Shown: positions 10,223 through 19,553 of the stretch, in pieces
Layout: every line of letters starts with the position of its first letter
How positions within the stretch are numbered: the stretch's first letter is position 1
NCBI GenBank assembly: GCA_963803145.1
Contig: CAWDLW010000020.1
Coordinates: 1 to 64,000 of the forward strand
From: Methanotrichaceae archaeon
Lineage (GTDB): Archaea > Halobacteriota > Methanosarcinia > Methanotrichales > Methanotrichaceae
Length of the DNA: 64,000 nt
Direction of reading: 5' to 3'
Position numbers and translations under genes: made by a program
The notes under the pieces: generated by a model
Databases searched by the model: none
What the model saw: only the letters and a program-made list of their open reading frames with translations
Told to the model about the DNA's origin: nothing

Positions 10223-11209
10223 TTAATGCAGTCCTCCCATATTGTTATGTGGGCAACACTCCTGTAGGTTATTATTGCAAGTATGCCGACAGGTCGATAC
10301 ACAAGTACTTCTACATGTGTTAAAGCAAGTTTGTTGACAAGTTTGCCAGCAGGTGGACTGACTACCACATGTTGAATCACAGGTTTGTCTACAGGTAACG
10401 CAGGTGGCGTGATTACATGTGTTTACTAGACATGTATTCGCGCATGTGGGACCACGACATGTTTTCGAACATGTGCTTGCGCAAGTTGCTGAGCATGATC
10501 CTACGCAGGTTTGCACATTACCGCATGTGTTCGCGCAGGTATTTGCGCAGGTCGAATAGCAGGTATCCGCACAGGTTGACCAGCATGTAGCCTGGGCGCC
10601 GCATGTTCCTCCGCAGGTAGACTTGCAGGTTTCGCATGTTGGCTTCGAGTTACATGTATCCTGGCAGGTGCCCTGGCATTGGGTATAAGAGCCACTGCAT
10701 GTTTTCTGCAATGTATTATGGCAGAATCTTCCACATGTAGCTGCGCAGGTTGGCACAGCGCCGCAAGTGCTCCAACAGGTATCTTGACATGTTACCCAGC
10801 AGGTTGGCTGAGTGCCGCAGGTTCCTTGGCAGGTATTCTTACAGGTCAAGCAGGTAGCCTTTTGATTGCACGTGTCTTGACATGTGCCGACACATATAGT
10901 TCTCTGACCTCCGCACGTTTTTTGAGACGTTTGTACATTTGCGGCCATAACGTGCAAAACCTGGTTACTGCCGCCATCAGAAGCGCAAGGAGTTCCTTCT
11001 GGACAAGAGCTTTGGACATTTAGGCTCTGCGTGCTGATGCTATCATAGCTCCACCCATCCGAGGAACCTCCAGTAGATACCCCCATATCTCCTAAAGCCT
11101 GGTCCATCCTGACTTGGTAGAGCGGCGACCCGTCAGTTGGACCCGATGCACTTGCAACCGTGCATGCAAACAATAGGAGAGCTATAGGAATTATATATCG
11201 CATTTTCAC
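10223..11209 (-). CDS. Secreted Cys/Thr-rich protein with ~44 Thr-Cys (TCxx) repeats
   Basis: GGAGG RBS before GTG; signal peptide MKMRYIIPIALLLFACTVASA; ~53 Cys counted by eye; repeats use varied synonymous codons. Confidence 0.85.
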   Translation of the reverse strand: MKMRYIIPIALLLFACTVASASGPTDGSPLYQVRMDQALGDMGVSTGGSSDGWSYDSISTQSLNVQSSCPEGTPCASDGGSNQVLHVMAANVQTSQKTCGGQRTICVGTCQDTCNQKATCLTCKNTCQGTCGTQPTCWVTCQDTCWSTCGAVPTCAATCGRFCHNTLQKTCSGSYTQCQGTCQDTCNSKPTCETCKSTCGGTCGAQATCWSTCADTCYSTCANTCANTCGNVQTCVGSCSATCASTCSKTCRGPTCANTCLVNTCNHATCVTCRQTCDSTCGSQSTCWQTCQQTCFNTCRSTCVSTCRHTCNNNLQECCPHNNMGGLH

Positions 11210-11316
11210 AAAATCTCCTCCCGTGTTAAAAGTAATAACCTAATCCTCATCTAATAAAATGGAAGTTCTGCTAGCTCTAATATCCCTCCGTCCTCTACTT
11301 CTCATAATAGTTATAT

Positions 11317-11793
11317 TTAACTCTTCCGTTCATTATCAGATGTTGAATGCTCATTTTCAGCATTGGCTTCAAGCTCAAGCAGCTTCCTCTTGACGTCGAG
11401 ACCCCAGAAATATCCGCCCAGCCCCTGCTTAGCAACCACACGATGGCATGGCACAACTATGGCGAATGGATTAGAAGCCATGACCTGGCCAACCGCGCGG
11501 CCTCCCCCGGGGCTTCCAGCTATAGCTGCGACATCGCCGTAAGTCATCACAACACCAGGGGGAATGCTCCTGACAACCGAGATGACCCTTCTCTGAAACT
11601 CAGTTAGGCCTGATAGATCCAATTCAAGAACAGGGCATGGCGCGCCATCTACAACATGGCTGATAATTCGCTCTGCCAATTCAGAATGCTCCAGAGGCGG
11701 CTCTGCCGAAAAGAATATGCGTTTTATTTGGTTCTCAGATCGCTCTACAAGAAGATGGCAACCGATATCCTTGAAGTATGCGCCCTCGATCAT
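11317..11793 (-). CDS. ogt: Methylated-DNA-protein-cysteine methyltransferase
   Basis: TYGDVA...RAVGQ...NP...VPCHRVV active-site motif. Start placed at the ATGA overlap with the upstream gene. Confidence 0.93.
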   Translation of the reverse strand: MIEGAYFKDIGCHLLVERSENQIKRIFFSAEPPLEHSELAERIISHVVDGAPCPVLELDLSGLTEFQRRVISVVRSIPPGVVMTYGDVAAIAGSPGGGRAVGQVMASNPFAIVVPCHRVVAKQGLGGYFWGLDVKRKLLELEANAENEHSTSDNERKS

Positions 11794-12320
11794 TCCCTGA
11801 TCACCTCCCGAAAGGACTTGCATCGTCCCATCTCTACGATCTCAGTATTCAGGTTCGATGTGTCCATTATCGCTATGGATCTCATTCCGGTGAAGTGGCC
11901 CCAGACCTCGCCCGGGTTAACGAGCAGCGTCTTGCCATGCTGTGACACTTCAGCGCGATGGTTATGACCTCTGATGACCACATCATAGAGCTGTGAGGAT
12001 ACTACCGCTTTTACCAGTGGTTCATCTGTGCCATGAAGCATTGCGATCCTGCGACCATCGACCTCGATTTCTCCAAAATCGCCGAGGTATTCGCCTCCCA
12101 CTCTCTCGAAGTCACGCCTTAAGCCAACGCGATCTCCATCATTATTTCCATAGACCAGCCGAAGCTTCATGCCGCAGCCTTCGAAGATATAGCAGTTGCC
12201 GGAGCCTACCATATCGCCAGCATGCATTACCATTTGCACATGTCTTTGGGAGAAGATTTTAAGAGCGTCCTTAATCCCCTGAATATTATCATGGGAATCG
12301 GACATTAGTCCTAGAAGCAT
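11790..12320 (-). CDS. YfcE/MJ0936-family metallophosphoesterase
   Basis: SDSHDN, HAGD, GNND, HG, GHNH and NPG motifs. Confidence 0.92.
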   Translation of the reverse strand: MLLGLMSDSHDNIQGIKDALKIFSQRHVQMVMHAGDMVGSGNCYIFEGCGMKLRLVYGNNDGDRVGLRRDFERVGGEYLGDFGEIEVDGRRIAMLHGTDEPLVKAVVSSQLYDVVIRGHNHRAEVSQHGKTLLVNPGEVWGHFTGMRSIAIMDTSNLNTEIVEMGRCKSFREVIRE

Positions 12321-12454
12321 CTAACCGACCTCAATTGGCATCTTGTTATTGAATGTGTATCATGCTTGTGGTCTTAGAATAAAGGAGTCATGCTCAAGTA
12401 GTCATGTGAATGTGTCGAAAGATCTAAGTATTAGAAAAACGTCGTACCGAGAGG

Positions 12455-12562
12455 CCCGCCTTAACTCAGCCTGGTAGAGTGCGCGGCTGTAGTAAGTTTC
12501 GCACCGCTTGGGTGCTACGCGCAGTCACCGCGATGTCCCCGGTTCGAATCTGGGAGGCGGGA
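12455..12562 (+). tRNA. tRNA-Tyr(GTA) with a 34-nt intron at 37/38 (12493..12526)
   Basis: Acceptor CCCGCCT/AGGCGGG + A; anticodon arm CGCGG-CT-GTA-G[intron]A-CCGCG; T arm GGTTCGAAT. Confidence 0.93.
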
Positions 12563-12570
12563 TCTGTTGA

Positions 12571-12643
12571 GTCCGGATGGTGTAGTGGCCTATCATGGAA
12601 GCCTGTCGAGCTTCCGACCCGGGTCCGAATCCCGGTCCGGGCG
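12571..12643 (+). tRNA. tRNA-Asp(GTC)
   Basis: Acceptor GTCCGGA/TCCGGGC + G; anticodon arm GAAGC-CT-GTC-GA-GCTTC; T loop reads TCCGAAT. Confidence 0.9.
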
Positions 12644-12652
12644 CTTATTTAC

Positions 12653-12685
12653 AGGTAAGCCCTCTCAAGGGTTTACCTTTTCTTC
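12653..12685 (+). terminator. Hairpin + T-tract after the tRNA pair
   Basis: AGGTAAGCCCT-CTCA-AGGGTTTACCT followed by TTTCTT. Confidence 0.6.
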
Positions 12686-12910
12686 TAACATTTTGAAAAG
12701 GAGGATAGATTATAGCCAAATCTTAGTATAGCTAAAATCTTAGAGATCTGTCTAATCTGAGCCAGTAAAACGCGTGTAGAATAAAGGAAAAGAGTTTTTA
12801 TCGGTGATCAAGAAGGCCCATGAATTCTTTTACCCTCTTATAGTAGCCTATACTCATCTCACATAGGGTTGAAGACGGCATAATATGCCACCTAGCCCTT
12901 ATCGTAGACC

Positions 12911-13159
12911 TTAAGGCAATTTTTTAAGTTGTGGGGTTGCATTCCCAAGTACAGTATAGGTCGAGCCTTTTTTAGTTGATAAATTACTGGTTGTGTTTAG
13001 AGGCATGGTTACATTTGTGGTATTGGTAACATTCTTCGTTATATTTATCGAGCTGGTAGCATTTACCTTATCTTTGGATACTTCCGCAAAGACCACTCCA
13101 AAAGAGAGAGCAAAGAGGATGGATATAAGGATCAATCCAATGGCTATGGAATTCTTCAT
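12911..13159 (-). CDS. Small secreted Asn/Thr-rich protein
   Basis: Signal peptide and dense NxT/S sequons (NATS, NITKNVTNTTNVT). Confidence 0.7.
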   Translation of the reverse strand: MKNSIAIGLILISILFALSFGVVFAEVSKDKVNATSSINITKNVTNTTNVTMPLNTTSNLSTKKGSTYTVLGNATPQLKKLP

Positions 13160-13409
13160 TTTTTCCCTACCTTATTTTTTATGGCAGCATTAGCTGTTTG
13201 AATTTAAAGGTTTCTTAGGGCCAGTTTCTCAAGGGCTCTTTCAATTGCCTCTCGATCTATCATGTCCTTGAAGCCCCAAATAGTCATAATATTAACATTT
13301 TTAATTATTTAGCTTATGAACTTATCCCAAACAGAAAAAGAACTTAAATAAAGGACCTGCTTTTCAGATCCGAGTGCTTGAAACGTAGAAGTACATCAGG
13401 GCAGAATGT

Positions 13410-13781
13410 ATGAACGTTATTCACGGAAAAGTAGCAACTGGGCTTGGCGAAGGCCAGTACTATTTATCGAGGGACGGCTACCGCAGCCAGTTCCACAAGA
13501 AGCTGGGTTTTGTCCCATTTCCGGGCACGCTAAATATACAATTGGATAAGCCGTTTGTCCCCTCTGGAGAAGCAATCAAGATCATGGAATTTAGCGAGGG
13601 AGACAAGACCTTTGGCGGTTGCCTTTGCTACAAGATCAGAATTAATAGCATCAAAGCAGCGATAGTGGGGCCTGAGCGAAGCAGCTATCCCTCAAACCTA
13701 ATTGAGATCATCGCCCCAATGAACCTAAGAGAATCGCTGAATCTCTCCGACGGGGATGAGGTGGAGATGACGCTGGATTAA
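13410..13781 (+). CDS. ribK: CTP-dependent riboflavin kinase
   Basis: GKVATGLGEGQYY, LGFVPFPGTLN and IEIIAP.NLRE.L.L.DGD.V motifs. Confidence 0.92.
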   Translation: MNVIHGKVATGLGEGQYYLSRDGYRSQFHKKLGFVPFPGTLNIQLDKPFVPSGEAIKIMEFSEGDKTFGGCLCYKIRINSIKAAIVGPERSSYPSNLIEIIAPMNLRESLNLSDGDEVEMTLD

Positions 13782-13906
13782 CTGAGGATAATATAAGATA
13801 CCAAATCATAACTCGGCGTATAGTTCTCTGAGATTAATAATAATGGAGGATATCTGTTTATAGTACAGCATACCCCTCTAAGTCCAGAGCAGACAAGGAT
13901 GGTAGT

Positions 13907-15997
13907 ATGAGCTATTTCAAGCTTGCATTTCTATGCGCTTTACTTATGATCGTTCTATTTACAGCAAACGCCCAGGATAGTCGGAGCTCGCTCGAAAAGG
14001 GCAATGCATCTTATATTAACGGCTCCTACCAGGAGGCGTTGGATTATTATGATCACGCACTTAAGACTGAGCCTGAGAATCCCTATGCATGGATAGGCAA
14101 GGGCCTAGCATATGCTAAGCTTGGCAGATACAAGATGTCCAACCTCTGCTTCGATACAGCCCTTCGTAATGACCCGCTCAACGGAGAATTCTGGCATGAC
14201 AAAGCCCTAGTGCTTGAGGATCTAGGAAAATATAATGATTCCTTGAAATGCTATGACAGCGCCGCCAGGCTTATGCCTGATAACATAAGCGTGCTCTTTG
14301 AAACAGGCGACCTTTTTGTAAGCTTGGAAAGATACCAGAATGCGATTGATTGTTTCAATAAAATCTTGAGCCAGGATAAGAATAACACAGTGGCCCTGAG
14401 AAAAAGGGGAGACGCATTTTTCGCATTAAAAATGCTCGACCAAGCACTAGTATCTTATGATGATGCGCTGAACATTTCCCACGATGCATCATTGTTTACA
14501 GGAAAAGGTAATGTTCTCTTGGCTCAGGGGAGATACGCTATCGCCCGCGATTCTTATGACCTTGCTCTAAAGCTGAATGACAGCAACGCTCAGGCACTTA
14601 CAGGAAGAGGTACTGCCCTTTATGCTCTCGGAAATTACACACCTGCCCTTGAATCATATGATCGGGCACTAGAGCTCAGCCCGAATAATACCAGATCTCT
14701 AATTGGAAAGGCCGATATCCTAAGGCTCCAGGGCAAGCTTCAACCTGCGCTTGTATCTTATGATCATGTCCTTGGACTTGAGCCGGATAATATACGAGCT
14801 CTGGAAGGCAAGGGCGATTTGCTCTTTGCGCTCGGAAACTTGAACGAGGCTCTCACAACGTATGAAAATAAGCTGAGGCTAAATGGAAGCGATCTAAAAA
14901 CCCTTTTGAATGTAGCTGAAATACACAGCCGTCTAAATCAGCCAGATCAGGCAATTGCCTCCTACGACAAGGTTCTGCTCCTCGATCCAAGAAATATTAG
15001 CGCTCTGATTGGAGAGGGAGATGCATTCTTTACGCTAAAGAATTACACATCAGCTCTGAGATCATATGATAATGTTCTCCGCCTCGATACCAAAAATATT
15101 CGAGCATTGACTGGCAGAGGAGATATCCTGCTTCTACAGAAAGATTTCACAGGATCTATAGGGTCTTACAACAGCATCCTCGAAAATAATTCGACGAACG
15201 TTCATGCTATGACAGGCAAAGGAGAAGCACTCTACAGTCTTGGCAATTTCTCCGGGGCACTGATTCTCTATAATAAGATAATCGGACTCGATGAGAACAA
15301 CTCAAAAGCTCTTCTTGGCAAAGCAAATATCCTCTGTGCCCGAGGAAACTACACCGATTCGCTGGAATTCTTCAATAGAACTTTGAATCTAAGCGAAAAT
15401 AATAGTGACGCGCTTATGGGAAAGGGCTTGGCTCTTGCTGCCCTCAGAAGGCAGAATGACTCTATGAGTTGCTTCGACCAGCTGCTTCAACTGTATCCAG
15501 GAAATTCGGCTGCCTGGACGAATAAAGGAAGTCTCCTTGTTAGCCTAGGAAAGTATAAAGATGCCGCTCTATGTTTCAAAAAGGCAAGCGAGATAGATCC
15601 TTCGAGCAGGGCTGTCTGGCTTAATATGGGATATTCACTTTACGAGAGCGGCAGGTATAACGAGTCAGCGGATGCCTATGGAAAGGCTTTGGATCTGAGC
15701 CCCGATGCATTAGTTTGGTACCAACGCGGACTCGCTCTAGGCAAGGCCAATAGATTCAGCGATGCTCTGAGCAGCTATGATAATGCAACCAGACTTGATC
15801 GAAACAACCCTGACGTATGGTATAGCGAGGGTTTAGCCTTAGTTGCATTAGGTAAATACCAAGAGGCTTTAAGGTGTTTCGGTAAGACAATAGAGCTAAA
15901 ACCCAATAGTTCCGAGGCTAAATATAGTAAGAATATAACCATTGGTTATCTGGATAACAGTACAATAAATACAACTCAAACTAGATCTATAGGCTGA
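13907..15997 (+). CDS. Secreted tetratricopeptide-repeat protein
   Basis: Signal peptide followed by continuous 34-aa TPR units (A..GKG..L..LG.Y..AL..YD.AL). Confidence 0.92.
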   Translation: MSYFKLAFLCALLMIVLFTANAQDSRSSLEKGNASYINGSYQEALDYYDHALKTEPENPYAWIGKGLAYAKLGRYKMSNLCFDTALRNDPLNGEFWHDKALVLEDLGKYNDSLKCYDSAARLMPDNISVLFETGDLFVSLERYQNAIDCFNKILSQDKNNTVALRKRGDAFFALKMLDQALVSYDDALNISHDASLFTGKGNVLLAQGRYAIARDSYDLALKLNDSNAQALTGRGTALYALGNYTPALESYDRALELSPNNTRSLIGKADILRLQGKLQPALVSYDHVLGLEPDNIRALEGKGDLLFALGNLNEALTTYENKLRLNGSDLKTLLNVAEIHSRLNQPDQAIASYDKVLLLDPRNISALIGEGDAFFTLKNYTSALRSYDNVLRLDTKNIRALTGRGDILLLQKDFTGSIGSYNSILENNSTNVHAMTGKGEALYSLGNFSGALILYNKIIGLDENNSKALLGKANILCARGNYTDSLEFFNRTLNLSENNSDALMGKGLALAALRRQNDSMSCFDQLLQLYPGNSAAWTNKGSLLVSLGKYKDAALCFKKASEIDPSSRAVWLNMGYSLYESGRYNESADAYGKALDLSPDALVWYQRGLALGKANRFSDALSSYDNATRLDRNNPDVWYSEGLALVALGKYQEALRCFGKTIELKPNSSEAKYSKNITIGYLDNSTINTTQTRSIG

Positions 15998-16076
15998 AGG
16001 ACCCGACTGGATACCAGAGTACGGATGATGAGGTGGTGGGAAAATTTTTCTGTGGAGGCCGTCCAGTCAGGCCTGT

Positions 16077-16529
16077 TTACCATCCATTTTCAGCCTTTTT
16101 CTTTGATTGATAGTCATTTTCCTGAGGTATGATGTTATGTCCGCTTTCAGGTAACAATCTGTATTGTCGATTGTTTCTATTGCCTTTCCTTTCAATTAAA
16201 CCGTCTCGGTTCATTCTTGAAAGGTAGGTCGAGACTGTGCTGAGCTTAATATCATCAGCAACCGTTTCATACCTCTCTTTAAGCTCCTGAGATGTGAACC
16301 AACTATCTGGAAACTCATATTTTATAAACCGTCCAATCCGATCCATAAGTGTTCCGTTGCCATCATGGTCCCGGGATGCATAAGTTGACTCATCGGGCTC
16401 GGAGAAGATATTCGCAGCTGCAAGGTAGCCTACGATCTTCTCTCTCAGAGCATCCCTCTCCATACTCTGCGTTTCGAACTCGTAGACAGATTTCAGCCCT
16501 TTATCCTCAATCTCAATCCGAATCTTCAT
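16077..16529 (-). CDS. Winged-helix DNA-binding protein
   Basis: WFTSQELKERYE...IKLSTVSTYLSRM..DGLIERKG...RQYR wHTH signature. Confidence 0.8.
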   Translation of the reverse strand: MKIRIEIEDKGLKSVYEFETQSMERDALREKIVGYLAAANIFSEPDESTYASRDHDGNGTLMDRIGRFIKYEFPDSWFTSQELKERYETVADDIKLSTVSTYLSRMNRDGLIERKGNRNNRQYRLLPESGHNIIPQENDYQSKKKAENGW

Positions 16530-17281
16530 CCGAGGTCTCGTCTCCTCTCAGAAATTTAGACCTTATAGGCGCGCTGTAACTCTTGTCCCATCAACGATGT
16601 CAGGATTTGGTTTCTGCCAAAACCGCGCATGTCTGCAACATTCGCTACATCAAGCCTGTTTGCCTTCTTAGTATTTAGTGGCAAAGTGAACAGTTTTATG
16701 TGCATTCTCACAGCCCTATCCCCTTTATGATCTTAACAACACAGTCTCAGAAGGATCGGACCAGATAGTGGTTCCCTATCCACCATCGGTCTGATCCTAT
16801 GCTAATTCGTGCCATTCCCTTCTCGAACTCCCCTCGTTTTGTGTCACAAGCCATTGCATACATATCGATGTCCGATCTCCCTTTCCCCTACCGTTCTGCT
16901 TGTGTCACCAACCCGGTCAAACAATGTTTTCACATTTAATCCAAGACTGTCGCCCTTCCCGACAGTCTGGATGAGAGAGATATAAACAGAACATTTACAC
17001 CCCAGAACTCAATTGCTGTCCCTTTCCAGCTATGAGCAACTGTATTTAGATCAATCAGTTCTGTTATATCCGACCGGTGTCCCCTTCTTCTACTCCTTTC
17101 TGGCCATCCCTTCCTAAGAACATACTTCACAAGTTACAGATTGAGCAGGCTGAGGCAACTTTTTCCCGTATGTTCCTATCCCCTTCATTGCTCTACTCCC
17201 TTCAAGCCATCTACGCTTGGTGACGACGTAATTGTGTACATAATGGCAGATATCATAGCAACACTGCAGCCATAGTTCACA

Positions 17282-17494
17282 ACAACATTGCTTTTGTAGT
17301 TGCAGGATACTATAGAGCAGACAGTTTGATATGCCCTCCATGTATGTTTATGCTACCGCTACGGTTCCTAAGGCACAAGTGAAGGTTCATCCATCCCCTC
17401 AGTGTGTGTTCAGACAGGTTGTCGATCCCTTTTCTGACAACATTAACCTTGTAGTGGAAGTATATAAACATTTCTAAGAGTTGAACGTTGTAGT
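17282..17494 (-). promoter_or_regulatory. TATA box (TTTATATA on the minus strand, ~17461-17468) with repeated operator-like sites
   Basis: ACAACATT-N4-TTGTAGT at 17282-17300 and 17437-17455; half site TTGTAGT at 17488-17494. Confidence 0.55.
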
Positions 17495-17854
17495 TAATCG
17501 CTAAAAACTCGATTTAAAAGTCCTTTCTTGAAATAATCCCGTTATAGTAGTCTGAATAGTATTCACAATAAAGCGAATAGATTGTGAAATTGTCTTGTAT
17601 ACAAGTGTAAAGTGACATTTTGTTCTATTAATACGATGATAATAAACACCAATAGGGCTCATTCTAATGTACGCCACAATGTGAACCATTTCACAACCAT
17701 TCTACACATACTGAATTATTGGTGTGCGTTGGACTAATATCTGAGCGATATAGGCATTAGAACTCAGGTGATTATGCGCGCAGAAAAAGTCGGATCAAAT
17801 GTTAAAAGTAAAGGATTTGCCTGCCCTGCCGCGGCAGAAACAGGTACTTTGTTC

Positions 17855-17992
17855 TCAGGATGCCTGGTTGAGCTCGAATTGCTCCTCTATCAACCAATCG
17901 CCTATCTCTTTGAGGTATCGGCGCCTACGCTCATCCTCTACGATTAGCTGAAAGACCTCGGATAGATCTCCATCAACTAGATATTCATCCAT
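17855..17992 (-). CDS. Small acidic helical protein (45 aa, not in the ORF track)
   Basis: MDEYLVDGDLSEVFQLIVEDERRRRYLKEIGDWLIEEQFELNQAS*; same strand as, and just downstream of, the phosphatase gene. Confidence 0.5.
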   Translation of the reverse strand: MDEYLVDGDLSEVFQLIVEDERRRRYLKEIGDWLIEEQFELNQAS

Positions 17993-18053
17993 TAAAGATT
18001 CATGAACCCCAGATTGGCATTTAAATCTATCGAAGCAAAAATACGAATATTGC

Positions 18054-18830
18054 TTAGGAAATCGTTCCTACAATCAGCGCAACGCAGTAGGGCCCATATG
18101 TCCTCTTGAGAGCCCCGGCATGCACAGTATGATCTCCACAGATAATTACCAGCGTTTCCTGTGGAGCAGCGCGAACCAACTCCCCAATGCAGTCGTCTAT
18201 AAACACGGCTGCATCTTTAATCTGCTTTGGCCCCAGGCCAAGGTGGGCAGTTCTATCAATTCCCAGGTAGTAACTCACAAGGAGCCTCGGCTTCTGGCTG
18301 ACTGCATCAAGAGATAAGCAACATATCTCGCTATCAAACTCCCTTGAGCTTAGGCTATCCGAGACTCCTCCGATGATCTCTATCAGGCCATCGTAGACCT
18401 CTGCACCGCTTTTTTCCATGATTACGGCCGATTTTAGGCCGGAACTGCTTGCTATCTCAGGTAGGCTCAGGATACTCGACTCTTTTGCACCTGCCTTATC
18501 ATAAATGCCATGGTGCTCGGGTATAAGACCGCTCAGTATAGATGCGATCGCGGGCGTAGTGCGATTGCTCGCTGTCTCGGCACTAAGGAGAATGCCATTA
18601 GATACAACTCCTCGCATATTCTTCATTTCCGGCTCAAGCCACCTGTAAAGATTATAGCCGAGACTATCTACAATAATTAAAATCACATTTCTACACCCCC
18701 AATCCATTACCTCCTCGATAGGGTGGCCATCAGTATTGGGTAGGCTTATTCCAAGGACTTTGGCTATCGTTGGAGCGATATCTACTAGGCAATACCTTCT
18801 CATCTTATCAGCCTTGTATCGGAAACTCAT
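18054..18830 (-). CDS. Alkaline phosphatase superfamily / phosphodiesterase-like protein
   Basis: ILIIVDSLG, TTPAIASILSG..PEHHGI, IDRTAH and GDH metal ligands. Confidence 0.8.
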   Translation of the reverse strand: MSFRYKADKMRRYCLVDIAPTIAKVLGISLPNTDGHPIEEVMDWGCRNVILIIVDSLGYNLYRWLEPEMKNMRGVVSNGILLSAETASNRTTPAIASILSGLIPEHHGIYDKAGAKESSILSLPEIASSSGLKSAVIMEKSGAEVYDGLIEIIGGVSDSLSSREFDSEICCLSLDAVSQKPRLLVSYYLGIDRTAHLGLGPKQIKDAAVFIDDCIGELVRAAPQETLVIICGDHTVHAGALKRTYGPYCVALIVGTIS

Positions 18831-18895
18831 AACTACTTATATGGGACCCAAGAGGAGGAAATAAATATTGCAGGTAACAATTAGATAGTGGAAAC

Positions 18896-19345
18896 ATGAG
18901 ATATCCCTCCATCCTGCTGGCTCTGGCATTGCTCGTTTCAATTGCAATTATCGCATTCTCAGAGGTGAGTATAGATTATAGCCATAATATTAAGGGGTCG
19001 GGCACGATAGTAACCGACTACCGCATAGGTGACCAACAGAACACCGAGGTATCCGGCAAGGTGCGCGGCACGGGAGATATGATGAATAAATACCTGTTCG
19101 AATCGAACAACAATACTGGGAATGTCACATTTGAAGATGAGTTTGTGATGTCAAGAAGAAGCCCAACAAATACAAGCAGGCCGACGCTTGCAAGCTATCC
19201 CCAGATCCCAAACCCTAACGCCCCAAATATTGTATTCACAGGGACAGCATGGGCAGAAAAGATCACGCTCCCAATATCATTTAATGGCCTTAACCTTTCT
19301 AGTAAGTCAAATGGCACCACATCAGATAATAAGGGTCCAATTTAA
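18896..19345 (+). CDS. Secreted hypothetical protein
   Basis: Signal peptide, beta-rich sequence, N-sequons. Confidence 0.7.
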   Translation: MRYPSILLALALLVSIAIIAFSEVSIDYSHNIKGSGTIVTDYRIGDQQNTEVSGKVRGTGDMMNKYLFESNNNTGNVTFEDEFVMSRRSPTNTSRPTLASYPQIPNPNAPNIVFTGTAWAEKITLPISFNGLNLSSKSNGTTSDNKGPI

Positions 19346-19553
19346 GGATTAGATTTCTTGGCAAGCAGGCAATAAAACCAATATCATCCTCTTTACCTCT
19401 CGAGAAGATGCCTCCCATATTATCCTGCCATAGTTTACCTTCTGATTAAAAATTGGCTGAATCAACAGCAATAATACAAGGGTTATAAACATTATAGCCA
19501 AGGGATTAGTTGCACCATCTATAGCCAAAATTTATAGCCTTCTTCAGCAGGAC

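Noticed and set aside
10223-11209. Multiheme cytochrome or ferredoxin interpretation of the Cys-rich protein
   Set aside because: No CxxCH motifs (only one CxxxCH) and no CxxCxxCxxxCP pattern.
16530-17850. Replication origin or CRISPR array in the long intergenic region
   Set aside because: No ORB-like G-string repeats, no cdc6/orc1 nearby, and no regularly spaced direct repeats.
18054-18830. Apparent circular permutation (DIAPT motif at the N-terminus) in the phosphatase-like protein
   Set aside because: An N-terminal segment of this kind before the first Asp motif occurs in known phosphodiesterase-like subfamilies, so it is not evidence of novelty.
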